DNA of 64,000 nucleotides. It comes from Pelagomonas calceolata. Lineage: Eukaryota. The notes beneath the pieces were generated by a model, which worked only from the letters and a program-made list of their open reading frames with translations, was not told the DNA's origin and made no database searches. Of this stretch, positions 9,865-21,397 are shown piece after piece. The stretch spans positions 5,208,001 to 5,272,000 of the forward strand of contig CAKKNE010000003.1 of the NCBI GenBank assembly GCA_918797485.1. The letters run 5' to 3'. A program made the translations under genes and the position numbers. Positions within the stretch are counted from its first letter, which is position 1. The number at the start of each line of letters is the position of its first letter.

Positions 9865-10512
9865 ATGAATCGCCCGGCGGCCGGCGGCCTGCGGGAACTC
9901 GTGCGGCACATCGTGCAGCGCGACGTCCTGCGCGCGTCGGCCGCGAAGAGCCGCGGCTGGATGGTGCTGGTCCTCGACGCGGCGGCGGCGCGCGTGCTGA
10001 CGCCGGTGCTGGGTTTGTACGACCTCGTCGAGGAGCGCGTGACGCTGGTCGAGTCTCTCGAAAAAAAGCGCCAGCCGTTCCCGGACATGACCGCCGTCTA
10101 CGTCGTCGCCGCGACGTCCGAGAGCGTCGCGCGGGTCGCTGCAGATTGGCGCGGCCCAACCGCGGACCCCTACGCCGACGCGCACGTGTTCACGCTCGAC
10201 GCGCTCGGCGACGGCGAAATGGGCGCGCTCCGGGAAATGGCCCGAAAGCTCCGCGCGCTCGTCGAGCTCCGCCTCGACTTCCTCGCGCTCGAGGCGCGCG
10301 CGTTCAGCCTCGACGAGCCGCGCGCCTTTCGCGTCGCGCCGGGCGCGGCGCGCGGCGCGGCGCTCGACGCGCCTCGCGACGCCGCGTGCGCGCGCAAACT
10401 CGCGAACCTGCTCGCGACGCTCGGTGCCGGCGCCGGCGTCGTCGTGCGGCACCGCGCGGGCAACGCGCGCGCGCGCGCCTGCGGCGCGCGGCTGCTCGAC
10501 GAACTCGCGCGG

Positions 10513-10556
<44 letters not shown>

Positions 10557-11880
10557 GGCGCCCGGCGTCGTCGTCCTGCTCGTCGACCGCGCCGACGACG
10601 TGCTCACGCCGCTCGTCCACGAGTACTCGTACCAGGCGCTCGTGCAGGACGTCCTGCCGGTCGAGGGCGCCGCGCGCGACCGCGTGCGCGTGGCCGACGC
10701 GGCGGCCCCGGGCGCGCCGCCGCCCGACGACGCGTACGTCCTCTCGGACCGCGACGCGCTCTGGGTCGAGCTGCGGCACGCGCACGTGGCCGCCGTCGTG
10801 CGCCGGCTCCGCGCGCGGACGCGCGCCGTCCTCGCGTCGCACCGCGGCGCCGCCGACCTGCGGCGGGGCCGCGGCGGCGACCTGAGCCTCGGCGAGATGG
10901 CCGCCGCGCTGCGGCGCCTGCCCGAGTTCCGCGCGGCGACGGCGCGGCTCGACGCGCACATGACGCTCGCGCGCGCGGCGCTCGCGGAGTTTCAGCGCCA
11001 CCGCCTCCTCGAGCAGTCGCAGCTCGAGCAGACGCTCGCGACGGGCGTCGACGCCGACGGCGCCGAGGCGCGGCCGCGCGACGTCCTCAAGGCCGTGTCG
11101 CGCCACCTCGCCGCCGGCGCCGACGACGACCGCGGCGACCGGTCGCACGCGCTCCGCCTCGCGGCCGCGTACGTCGCCGCGGCCGGCGGCCGCGTCGCCG
11201 AGGCCGAGCGGACGCGCCTCTTCGACGCGCTGCGGCCCGACGCGCGCGACGCGCGGCGCCTCCGCCGCCTCGCCCGGGTCGTCGCCGACGCCGGCGGCCT
11301 GCCGACGCGCGACGACGCGGCCGCGCTCGCCGCGCGCCGCGCGCGGACGGCCGCCGCGGAGGCCGCGCGGACGGCCGCGCGGCGCCGCCGGTCGCGCGGC
11401 GGCGCGCCGACGCGGCGGCTCGCGTCGCTCCGCGCCGCCCTGTCCGCCGCGCTCTCCGCCGCCGGGCGCGCCGCCAACGACGACGACGGCGACGACGACG
11501 GCGACGGCGGCGACGTCGAGCACCGCTACGCGCCGCCGCTCAAGGCGCTCGTGGCCGCGCTCTGCGACGGCGACCTCGACGCCGACCTCTATCCCGCGCT
11601 CGGCGGCGCGCCCGACGCCGCGACGCCCGCCAAGCGCGCCGCCGTCTCCGCGCGCAAGGCGTCGTCGCGCCGCCTCGCGCGCGCGCCGTCGGCGGCGGCG
11701 GGCGCGGCGGCGGCGCCGCCGTTCTCGGGTCCGCGCGTCGTCGTCGCCGTGCTCGGCGGCGCCACGTACTCCGAACTTCGCGCCGCCTACGAGGTTTCGC
11801 GCGACACGCACCGCGAGGTCATTTTGGGAGGATCGGCGCTCCTCGCGCCCGGCGGCTTTCTCGCCTCGCTCGCGGACTAG
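9865..11880 (+). CDS. Sec1/Munc18 (SM) family vesicle trafficking protein
   Basis: WMVLVLD, GLYDLVEERVTLVESLEKKRQPFPDMTAVY, LLVDRADDVLTPLVHEYSYQAL and VVVAVLGGATYSELRAAYEVS...EVILGGS are Sec1 family motifs. Confidence 0.92.
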
Positions 11881-12026
11881 AGGACCATCCTCCACGGCGG
11901 TGTATAATATGTGTGCGACCTTGAACGCTCCTGGAAGCTTCGATTTTATCCCCCTCTACTACGGTATCTACTCGCTCAACTCGTATTCCCCTGAGGCGCA
12001 CGTCGCAGAGCGGGAAGGCCGATGTG

Positions 12027-12069
12027 ACTATTCTGGCAGGCATAGTAAATTTTTGAAAACCAGAATAGT
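12027..12069. repeat. Mini inverted-repeat element ACTATTCTGG...CCAGAATAGT (longer relative at 34281-34412)
   Basis: The same 10-bp inverted termini and the internal TTTTGAAAACCAGAATAGTGAA occur at both loci. Confidence 0.7.
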
Positions 12070-12103
12070 GAATTTCCGACGGGAGCAGTAAATTAAAAAA
12101 CAT

Positions 12104-12233
12104 AATCAGTAAGTCAGGCACTCTCCGTCGGCGGCAGGGTGACAGCAGCAGAGTGCGCGCCGAGCCGCACCGTAAGATCGGAGAGCGATCCCTTGAGATT
12201 CTCGAGTCGGCGATTGATCGCGAGGATCTGCTC
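12104..12233 (-). repeat. Inverted duplicate of the 3' coding end of the 13447 gene (14181-14305)
   Basis: Reverse complement reads GAGCAGATCCTCGCGATCAATCGCCGACTCGAGAATCTCAAGGGATCGC..., with a few indels. Confidence 0.9.
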
Positions 12234-12610
12234 CCCCAGTAAAATGGATTCGCTGCGGCTGCTGACATATTCCAGTAAATGTTAACCGTGACAACGCCGC
12301 GAAACTACAATAATCGAACACAGCCCATATAATTAAATAATCATAATGGAAGGTCTTGGTGGTCATTTTTGCAGAAAATGACCAAACAGCAATAGAGCTT
12401 GAACAATGGTCGGACCGATCTAGGGGCAGCCGGGCACGGCCTAAGACACCATCCGGATCCATTTTTTTGCAGGTTTCGCTTCGCCTTATTCACTTCCGAG
12501 ACCATTCGATTATACCGCCCCTATGCTTGCTTAAAGGACATGCTTATCTCCGCGCGCGGAGGGGGGGGGCTGGGGGCGGGGGAGGAACGCGACGGAGACT
12601 CGGGAGACTT

Positions 12611-13137
12611 CTACTTCTTTTTCCAGCCGGGCCAGCCACCCCACTTGCCCTGGCCCTCGCCCTGCTGCCACTTATTGTACTCCTGCACATTGAACACGCT
12701 GATGTGGCCCGTGATCGACCCGACCGGGCGTGTAGGGAAGGCGTCGGAAAACGCTTTCAGCCCCGACTCGTTCCCGGAGCACGGCTGGCCGTGCTCCACG
12801 AGGAGCGCGAGGTAGCGTTCGTCGTGCGGCGCCCAATTGCCCGTTTCGTCGCGGACGGTCAGCGCTTGGCCGCCGAAGAGGATCCGCTGCGTCAGCCGCG
12901 CCCCCGTCGTACCGTCTCGATGCCAGCCCGTGGCATCTAGGACGGCCGCGGCCGACGTCTTACCGCTATCTCGATGCCAGCCCTTGGCATCTAGGGTGGC
13001 CGCGGCCGGCGCGCGTACCGATGGCGGCGACGCCGGCACACCCTGGGCACCTAAGGCCCGCGCCTTCTGGGCTCCAATATGGACACGGCATCGCGGGCGG
13101 CGCGCAGCGCGCTCTTGCTGGCATCATCCCAAAACAT
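12611..13137 (-). pseudogene. Frameshifted paralog of the 14585 small ORF with a longer, different C-terminus
   Basis: MFWDDASKSALRAARDAVSILE aligns with MSKWGDDNERALRAAREAVSILE. One G is missing near 13072; restoring it links the start to ORF 12611-13039. Confidence 0.6.
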
Positions 13138-13446
13138 CGCTGTTGGGCTGCAATGAAGTCCACTCTCACCGAGAGTGGAGACCACTTCCCAAGTGGCTAG
13201 GTAAGTACCTACAGTTACCCACGGTACCGCAGGTACCCCTTGGCTATAAGCCAGCCAAGCCGCGCCACGCCGCGCCACGGAGCGTGTCTAAGCTTGTATG
13301 CGCCGCTGCAAAGCCTGAGCGTGACTTTTTAGCCTGAGCCTGACACGGGTGTGTAGCGGGACACCACGAATTATTAGCCTGACACAATAACACGCCCGCC
13401 TTCTCGCCTGGTCTAGGGGCATCGGTTATAGATAGGCGCGCGAGGT

Positions 13447-14342
13447 ATGACGGAGTTTGGGACGGTCGGCGATCTCTACCGCATCTTCGGCACCGACCGA
13501 AAGCGCGACGACGCGCCCGCCGTTGCGCCGGCGACGAAGCTCGTCGTCCGCAAGCACGACTTTAGCTCTGCGCAGACGGCGTATCAGCGCGCGCGGTCGG
13601 CGCCGTCTTCGCAATTCATCTTCTACAAGGACGCGACGCCGCGCGGGGAACACTACATCCGGTGCTCCGTCGCGTGCGAGCCGGCGCGGCCAGACGTAGT
13701 GCCCCTGCGGCTCGCGCTTTGCTACGAGGACGGCACGGATGTGTCGCCGCAGGACGCGTCCTGCCTGAAAATCTTGGGCGAGGCGACGCATCTCTCGTGC
13801 CCGCCGCACGCGAAGGAAACGACCTTTTATTACCGTCTTGAGCTCGGCTCATTCCGCCGGGCGGACCGCAAGTTCCGCGTGCGCGTAAGCGCCGCCGACG
13901 GCGCCGAGGCCGGCGCGGGGGTCGCGCAATGCCTCACGCCGCCCCTACTCGTGCTCTCCAAGACGAAGCCTCTCGATGCATCCGCACCACTCTCTCCGCC
14001 GACTGAGCTACCCGACGGCCTACGGCGTGGCCAGAGAGCCGCTGGACGGAAGCGCACGCGTCCGTGCGGAAAACTTTCTCCACCGCGACGCCACCGACGC
14101 TCGTTGATTTCCACACAGGCGCTCGGCCGGCCGTCGGCCCCTTCGATCCCGCCGCCGTCGCGGAGCGGCGCGCAATCCACGAGCAGATCCTCGCGATCAA
14201 TCGCCGACTCGAGAATCTCAAGGGATCGCTCTCCGATCTTACGGTGCGGCTCGGCGCATCTGCTGCTGTCACCCTGCCGCCGCCGAGGAGAGTGCCTAAC
14301 TTACTTATTGTGATTTTCATTCTGTGCTCCTCTGGCTGGTGA
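13447..14342 (+). CDS. Hypothetical protein, possibly a beta-sandwich DNA-binding domain plus NLS and short coiled coil; one intron 14060-14118 (or 14054-14118)
   Basis: Globular segment TFYYRLELGSFRRADRKFRVRV and basic GRKRT. An intron ending TTGATTTCCACACAG shifts the frame into IHEQILAINRRLENLKGSLSDLTVRLG. Confidence 0.6.
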
Positions 14343-14584
14343 GCTCGGAACCTAGTACCTTACATACTCTTGCAAATCCTTGCAGCTTGATAAGGGTTAC
14401 CTTTGTGATACATACCGAGTACCTACGGTACTAAAACCAAGGGTACAATGGAGTCCCCTCGAGGAGCCCAAGCAACTCGGCTCGGAAGTAGACTTCACGA
14501 TCTGCACCGCGCACGACGCCGCAGCGCCACTACGTCGCGCCCGCGATCATCCACCCCCTCTACACCGCCACAAGACCACAAGCG

Positions 14585-14812
14585 ATGTCTAAATGGGGTG
14601 ACGACAACGAGCGCGCGCTGCGCGCCGCCCGCGAGGCCGTGTCCATCTTGGAGGCCCAGAAGTCGCGGGCCTTAGGTGCCCATGGCGCCACCGCCAGCGA
14701 TGCTATGGCGCCACCGCCAGCGATGCTCGGGCACGAGCCTCCTCCTGTACCAGCTGCGGTCGAGCCCGCGCCCGGGCCGGCGCCGACGCCCGCGCCCGAG
14801 CCTACACATTGA
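14585..14812 (+). CDS. Small hypothetical protein (75 aa), helical N-terminus and Pro/Ala tail
   Basis: ATG-initiated, GC3-rich, with a diverged paralog at 13137 that retains amino-acid similarity. Confidence 0.5.
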   Translation: MSKWGDDNERALRAAREAVSILEAQKSRALGAHGATASDAMAPPPAMLGHEPPPVPAAVEPAPGPAPTPAPEPTH

Positions 14813-14887
14813 GTGTCTATCGAAGCTCGGTGCAAACCAATATAATATAACACTCTCATAGTTAGTTCGCAACATATCCCTTTATTG

Positions 14888-16313
14888 TCACTTGTCGCCG
14901 TTCGCGTTCGCGAGCTCGCCGAGGGGGGAGAAGACGGAGGACGAGTGCTTCTTGGCGACGCGCGCGGCCTCCGTCGCGTATCGGGCGGGGTTCGCGCGCG
15001 CGATGGACGCGAGAAAACGGTGCTCGGCGATAATCGCGAAGACGGCGGCCTTGAGCTTACGCTTGAGCTTGTAGCGTTTGATGTTCGGCGAGAAGTGAGC
15101 GAGATGAATCGTGTTCACGACGTGGTCCTTGGCCATCCAGGGGTGTGCGAACACGCCGTCCGGCGTGAGGCGCCGCGCCGGGTCGACGACGAGCAGCTGG
15201 TGGATCAAGCCGACGGCGTCGTGCGAAATCTGCGCGAACTCGGGGCCGTCGACGGCGTAGGCGCCCGAGCACGTGTTCCGGTACACCTCGGCCTTGTCCC
15301 GCCCGTAGAAAGGCATCGTCCCGCTGAGCATGACGTACAGGATGACACCGAGCGACCATAGGTCGCACTCCGGTCCATATCCTCGCTCCTCCGTCGCCGT
15401 CAAGACCTCTGGGCCGACGTACCCCGGCGTCCCGACCTTGCGGTGCAGGTCGTGGTGGCCGCCGCCGAACGTCGTGCTGAGCCCAAAGTCGCAGACCTTC
15501 AGGACGTGCGCGCTTCGAGTGCCCTCCGGGCCCGCGTAGAGTACGTTTTCGGGTTTCAAGTCCCGGTGCGCGACCTCGTGGCGGTGGCAGTGGCCGACCG
15601 CCTCGACCATTTGTGCGAACGCGACCTGTGCGGAAATCAAACGTTCGGGTGAATAAGCCTAAGACGCATCGTGCGAGGACGCCAAGCACTCTCGTGCTGC
15701 GTCGAGGCTGCCAGAATAATAAATAATACCTCCAGGCCGGCCTGACGCACTGGTTGATTTCCGCACTGAACGCGACGCGTGCCTCGCGCTCCGAGTAATG
15801 ATCCTTCGCCGTGATCCGGTCGAAGAGTTCGCCGCCGCTGCAGTACTCGATGACCATGCTAAACTTCTTCTCGTGCAAGTAGCAGTCGTCCAGCCGGCAG
15901 ATGTTCGGGTGGTCGACGCGGCGCATCGTCCGGACCTCGACCGCGAGCTTCGAGATCGTCCGCGCGTCGGCGTGGCCGAGGTCGATGACCTTGACCGCGC
16001 GGACGTCGCGTCGGTTCGCGCGCGAGAGCGCGACAAAAACGGTGCCGAAGCTCCCCTTGCCCAGCTGCCATCCAACCATGTAGTCGCGCTCGACGGGCTC
16101 CAGCCTGAGGTCGTGCGTGGCATGCGGCGTGAGAAGTTTGAGCCGACCCAGGCCGTCGTGGACGGACGCGCCGCGGACGGCCCTCGTCAGCTCCGAGGGC
16201 ACAGGTGTCGGACGCGACGACTCTCCCAATGATTTGTCGAGCGGCACCCTTTTCAGGCGTGGCCCGCAACACGCGTCCACCGGCGGGTCTTGCTCTCGCT
16301 CGCGCCTCGGCAT
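14888..16313 (-). CDS. Ca2+/calmodulin-dependent-type Ser/Thr kinase; exons 16313-15777, 15625-14888 (424 aa)
   Basis: LGKGSFGTV, AVKVI, HPNI, GGELFDRI, HRDLKPEN, DFG, GTPGYVGPE and DLWSLGV motifs, plus the CaMK-like regulatory tail KRKLKAAVFAIIA. Confidence 0.93.
15626..15768. mobile_element. Introner element, 143 bp, forming GT-AG intron 15776-15626
   Basis: TIRs CTGTGCGGAAATCAA and TTGATTTCCGCACTG (14/15 match). Perfect TSD AACGCGAC (15618-15625, 15769-15776). Confidence 0.95.
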
Positions 16314-16419
16314 CGGGCGGGGTTCGCGCGCGCAATGGACGCGAGAAAACGGTGCTCGGCGATAATCGCGAAGACGGCGGCCTTGAGCTTGCGCTTGAGC
16401 TTGTAGCGTTTGATGTTCG
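16312..16419 (-). repeat. Direct copy of the kinase C-terminal segment (14980-15087) abutting the kinase start codon
   Basis: 108 bp, nearly identical, encoding NIKRYKLKRKLKAAVFAIIAEHRFLASIARANPAR. Confidence 0.95.
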
Positions 16420-16622
16420 AGTGGCCTACCAGCTTGCACCGCAGCACTGAGTCGCTACCTACTGCGGTACCGTAGGTACGGTAGTCCAAGTACTTGGTAC
16501 CACGGTGCAGAGTCCCGGGAACTCCTCCGAGAGTGTCTGCACCGCGGTGGCGACGAGCATAGTTGGTTGGGATAACATGCCCCGTCCACACAACGAGTAG
16601 TAGCAAAGAAAGCGAGGATCAT

Positions 16623-18902
16623 ATGGGCAGCCTAGAGGTGAGCCCAGCCGCCGACGTCCTCGTCTACGAGGTCGTCGACGACGAAAGCGCGCGGACGCGG
16701 GCACAGCTCCACTACTTTCTCGTCGACGGCTCGGCGGCGGTCTTCGGCGGCGGCGGGCGGGCACCGACGGCGTTCCGCCTCGGCGCAGGACCCGGCGACC
16801 GCGCGCCGCTGTTCGCCGCCGGCGCCGGGCGGAGGCGGCTGCGCCCGGTCGACCTCGCCGTCGGCGCGCGCGCGGTCGCGGCGGGGCGGACGTGGCGGGT
16901 CGTCGACGCGGGCACCGCCGACGCGCTGAATACTACCGGCGCCTCGGGCGACCGTTGGGCAGGCGTCCGGCGCGCCGGCGCGCGCGCGTCGGCGTCGTGG
17001 AGGATGTGGCGACCTTTACGGCGACGACGGCGTAGAGCGCATCCGCGTTCGCTGCTTTCGCGACGCGACGGTCGAGGTCCTGTCCGCGGACGGGAAGCGA
17101 GTCCGCGTCGCGCGGCGTGCGACGGAAGACGACCCGCCGTTCGCCGACGTACTCCGGGCGGCGGCGCGCGGGGGCGGCGTCGCGACGTTCGGCGGCCTCA
17201 CGTGCCGCCTGACGTCGTGGGACGCCGCCGCGGACGCGTGGTGGCGCCGCGTCGGCAGCGGCGGAAGCGGTTGCGGCGCTGCGCCCCCCCCAGCGCCGCT
17301 CGACGCGGGCGACGAGAAAACGCTACGGTTCCGGGGGCACTTGGCGGACGCGGCGGGTGCCGGCGCGGCCGTCGCGCTCTGGCGCGACGACGGCACGCTC
17401 GAGGTCGTCGACGGCGTCGCGAACGTCGTCGTCGCGCGCGCGCGGTACGATGTCCTGCGGCCGGCGGCCGACGCGGCGTCGCGTTGGCCGCCGGCGCGCC
17501 GCCGGGCGCTGCCGCTCGCGCTCCGCGACCTCGGCGGCGGCGCCGTCCGCATCGCGGTGCGCGGCAACTCGACGGTTACGGTCGTCGCGGGCGCGGTCGA
17601 CGCCGTCACGGCGGCGGAGCTCGCGCGGCGTGCGGCGCCGCCGGCACGCTGCCAGGTCGCCACGCTGAATGGCGAGCCCGCCGACGCCGCCGTCGCGCGC
17701 GCCGACGCCGAGGCGGTCGCGGTGCGACTCGTCGCGGACGGCGGCGGCGGCGCGGACGCGGCACGCTGCCTCGCGCGCCTGGCGCTGCGCCTGCGCGACG
17801 GTCGTGTCAACGTGCGCGCGCTCGCGCGCACGACGGGCCTCCTCGCCGCGGGCGCCGCCGACGGCGTCGTCTCGCACGATCGCTTTGTCGCGTTCGTCGC
17901 GTGCGACCTCGAGCGCGCCATCGAGGCGGCCGTCCGGCGGCCGCGCGGCGCCGCGACGACGGCGAGACCGAAGCCGCCGCCGCGGCCGCCGTCGTCGCGC
18001 GCGCGTTCAGCGCTGCGGCGCCGGTTCTCGTCGACGGCGCGCTTGACGCTGCGGCGCCGCCCGGGGCGGTCGCGGCGAGTGCGGGCGCGGCACCCGTTCG
18101 CGTCGACGACGCGCTCGACGCGCTGGCGCTGTGCGCGGCCGCGCCGCGAGCGCTCGGCGCCGCGTGCGCCGCCGCGGCCGACGGCGCGGGGGCGGTGGAA
18201 CGCTCGTGCCACGCGCTTCGCTGCGGCCTCGCGCGGCGCTGCGTGGGTTTTGCTGATGCGGCGACCGTGCGCTTCCGCCTGCGCCGAAGGGACGCGACGA
18301 GGACCGGCGTCTTGCCGAAAGACCCGTTCCTCGCCGCGCTACGCTCGTGCGGGCTCCACCGCGACTTTGTCGACGAACGCGCAATAGACGGGCTCGCAAG
18401 CCACTTCGCGCCGCCGCCGGACGCTCCGCCGGGCGCGTTCGTCGCGTACGAGTCGTTCTGCGACGCCTTGTATCTTTGTGATTTCGACGGCGCGTGGCCG
18501 CTCGTTGCCGCCGCGTCCCCGACGGCACGGGCGCCGCCGCCCGCGTTCCCGGCCGCACCGCCGTCCGAGGCGGAGGCCCGCGCGCAGCGCGCTCTGGCGC
18601 GCGCGCTCGGCGGCCGCGCGCACCGCCGCCGCGCGCTGCGCGCCAGGCTCGCGGCCGTCGCCGACGGCGCGCCAGCAGCGCGCTGCTTCGTTTGCCGCGC
18701 GGCGTTCGTCGCGGCGGCGACGCGCTTCTTTGACGAATGCGGCGTCGACGTCACTCGCGACGCCGTCGCGCGTTTCGCCGATGCCGCCTTCCGTGTCCAC
18801 GACCACTTGGCCGTCGACGACGTCCTCGCGGCCGCCGCCTCCCTCGAGGGTCCCCGCGCGACAGCAAGTCTCGCGACGGCGGCCGCGGCGGCTGGTCGTT
18901 AG
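16623..18902 (+). pseudogene. Frameshifted duplicate of the EFHC/Rib72-like gene at 22035
   Basis: Highly similar to 22035-24332, but small indels (about 16920-17060 and 17940-18070) move the middle of the protein out of frame. Confidence 0.75.
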
Positions 18903-19315
18903 ACCGTTAATTTAAAACCGGTGAGATGTGGACCTTCAAGTCCGCCGCAGTGCGTCCTTATCTGTGATTACGGAAAAGTCGAAATGTATAATTACACCTA
19001 CATTCATTCGAAAAAGAGAAAGGGTGGACGCCGAAGGAATTCTTCGGACGCTTCCGACGACGAACATTCCGAAGGACATGTATGCCGCTTGTTCTTTCCA
19101 CCCCCGCCGCCGTGCCCGATTTTCGAGCACCCACCCGCCCTCCCTTAGGGGGGTTCTGGTTAGCACGCCCTGCACGGGGCCGTGCGACGGGCGAGTAAGC
19201 AAGCAACAATGGCATCTTCGATGAATTATCATCAACTCCGAGCACAGTAAAAGCTACTAGCCCCCAAATTGCATCAAAATTCGCCCACCAGTGCTCAAAG
19301 GAAATTTGAGTCGCA

Positions 19316-20215
19316 ATGAGGCACGGCACGCAGAATATCTTGATGCTGTCAACTGTGTACTGCGCTTGTTTCGCCCATACCTGCAGGCGCCAGCCACAGT
19401 GTTCCACAACAAACGCTACGTGTCAGGGTGTGACAAGAGCACTCGGAGACCTGCGTTCTCTGATGTATATTCCATCAGAGAATGCTGTCCTATGTGCGGT
19501 ACCAAAAGCTGGCTGCACAACTGTTCGCCACATTGCCTACTTCTTGCAGGAGGGTGGTACTCAAAGCAAGGGGGAAGGTATTCACGCTTGGTGGTTTGGA
19601 CACAAGATGAACATGCAAAATATGAATATTAACAAAAGAAGGCAGATCATGACCAATCGGTCCATACGAAAAGTAGCCGTCATCAGGCAGCCAGAGGATC
19701 GGTTTATGTCTGGTGTGTTCGATAAGGGGCATAAGGTCTTAGGTCGAAATATATACCAGAAGATCGGCTGCGCGAATGCTAACACATGGAAAAATAACAC
19801 ATTATCGGAATTGTGTTGGTCCGCGGGGTTCAAAAATGTAAGCAACCTCCAAGCTGCTGTATTCGCTAAGCTCCCTTCAGCAAACGACCATTTCAAATCC
19901 CAAACTGAGCAGTGTAAGTTTCATTCAGTGGCTTACGATAACATCGCTGACATCTATGATATTGGAACTTTCATTGACTATATTGTTTCCTCTGCCAGCC
20001 CCAACTTTGAGCACACCCGTTCATGGCTCAAAGCCAAGTATACCTCCAATCATGACCTCATGCACTCATCATCTGCCGTACACACTAAGGAAACTACCAT
20101 GCAGCAGGAGCATTGCCACAAATTTTATGATATCTACCACGCTGACACAGATGTATACGAGTGTCTCGTGAAAGGCGCAGGGCCATCTGCAAGTACGTGC
20201 GTGTGGGCTCCGTAA
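19316..20215 (+). CDS. Carbohydrate sulfotransferase (Sulfotransfer_2-like), intronless, low GC
   Basis: LCAVPKAGCTTVR (5'-PSB loop), VAVIRQPEDRFMSG (3'-PB motif) and NDHFKSQ. Many codons end in A/T, unlike neighbouring genes. Confidence 0.8.
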   Translation: MRHGTQNILMLSTVYCACFAHTCRRQPQCSTTNATCQGVTRALGDLRSLMYIPSENAVLCAVPKAGCTTVRHIAYFLQEGGTQSKGEGIHAWWFGHKMNMQNMNINKRRQIMTNRSIRKVAVIRQPEDRFMSGVFDKGHKVLGRNIYQKIGCANANTWKNNTLSELCWSAGFKNVSNLQAAVFAKLPSANDHFKSQTEQCKFHSVAYDNIADIYDIGTFIDYIVSSASPNFEHTRSWLKAKYTSNHDLMHSSSAVHTKETTMQQEHCHKFYDIYHADTDVYECLVKGAGPSASTCVWAP

Positions 20216-20377
20216 TTACTGCGGTAAGCTGGGGAGGTTGCGTCTTGCTGTCCCTGTCGCAAGTCGGGGATGCCATTTACTTGCTTAGTGCATACTGTAC
20301 TACCTACGGTTGCGATAAATAGGGCGAAATACCCTTCTATATACACTTACTTCACACACAACACGCAATGCGTAATG

Positions 20378-20757
20378 CTAGGTTGGCACTAACCTGTTAA
20401 TTACCCGTCATTAACCTACAATTACCCCTCGGATGGGATCCGGGGTTAATAACCCGCTCAATAACCCGACGGGTTTTCGACTAAACCCGTTAGTGAGATT
20501 AACGAAAGACCCCTCCGGGCGAGCGGATGGGCGCAAGCAGCCCGTTGGGCTTTTGGATACGTGCAGGTGCGCCAGGGCAAGTGCCAAGTCATGTGGCCCG
20601 GCACGGCCCAGGCCCGCGCCAGTGGCCCGCGAGGCCCCCTCCCCTACCCCTCTATAAGATCCTGGGGTTAATAACCCGTACTAACGGGTAATTACCCGGG
20701 TTACTGACCCCGGGCCGCGATTGGAGTTAATAACCCCTGGGGTTAATGCCAACCTAG
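20378..20757. mobile_element. MITE, 380 bp, with GGGTTA-A-TAACCC subterminal palindromes
   Basis: TIRs CTAGGTTGGCACTAACC and GGTTAATGCCAACCTAG. Flanks GCGTAATG and GCGTAATT (7/8 TSD). Confidence 0.85.
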
Positions 20758-20923
20758 GCGTAATTGACCCGCACGATAGGGACTAGTGGAGCGGGCACTA
20801 GCAACAACAAGAACGCCGATTGAACCCCCTCCCTGGGCCCGTTTGGTGCTAAAAACACGTGCAAAATGATCCTCTCGGCCGCGCGGACACATTCCAAAGT
20901 ACATTCCACGATATATAAATGGG

Positions 20924-21320
20924 TATAGTAGGCAATCAAATTACCAGGGTAATTGCCGGTAGTGGAAATTACCGGTAATTACCGGTAATTACCGGAGTCG
21001 ATTTTTGGCTACCGGGTAATGACCCCTGGGGTGGAAAGGTAAAACGCGTGAGTAAAGGGTGGACGCGGCAGACGCGTTTTGGACTATGGGCAGGATATGG
21101 CCAAGCCCATGCCCCAGGGGCATCGTCCCACGGTCCCAAGTGAGCTTTTTACGCGTCAGTCCCATTGGAAATGCTTATCTGGGTTCTGGGAGGCTGCCCC
21201 GGCCCGGCTCACCTTGGACCTCCCAGATTACCGGTAATTTCCGTTACCAGGGTAATTTACCGGTAATTACCGGTAATTACCGACCCTGAGATCTCGTTAC
21301 CGGGTAATTTGCCAACTATA
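20924..21320. mobile_element. MITE, 397 bp, with ATTACCGGTAAT subterminal palindrome arrays
   Basis: TIRs TATAGTAGGCAA and TTGCCAACTATA. Perfect 9-bp flanking repeat ATAAATGGG (20915-20923, 21321-21329). Confidence 0.85.
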
Positions 21321-21397
21321 ATAAATGGGGTGGTGCAAATAAGGCTAATTAGCTAAAAAATTAATTCGGTCTTAGTGTCGGCGGCAGTTTCGCGGCA

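Noticed and set aside
12240..12420. AT-rich fragment WKVLVVIFAENDQTAIELEQW vaguely like a GIY-YIG nuclease helix
   Set aside because: Too short, interrupted by stops, and no GIY/YIG motifs are visible.
20440..20745. GGGTTA/TAACCC hexamers as an interstitial telomere or chromosome fusion site
   Set aside because: They are isolated palindromes inside a TIR- and TSD-bounded element, not tandem telomeric arrays.
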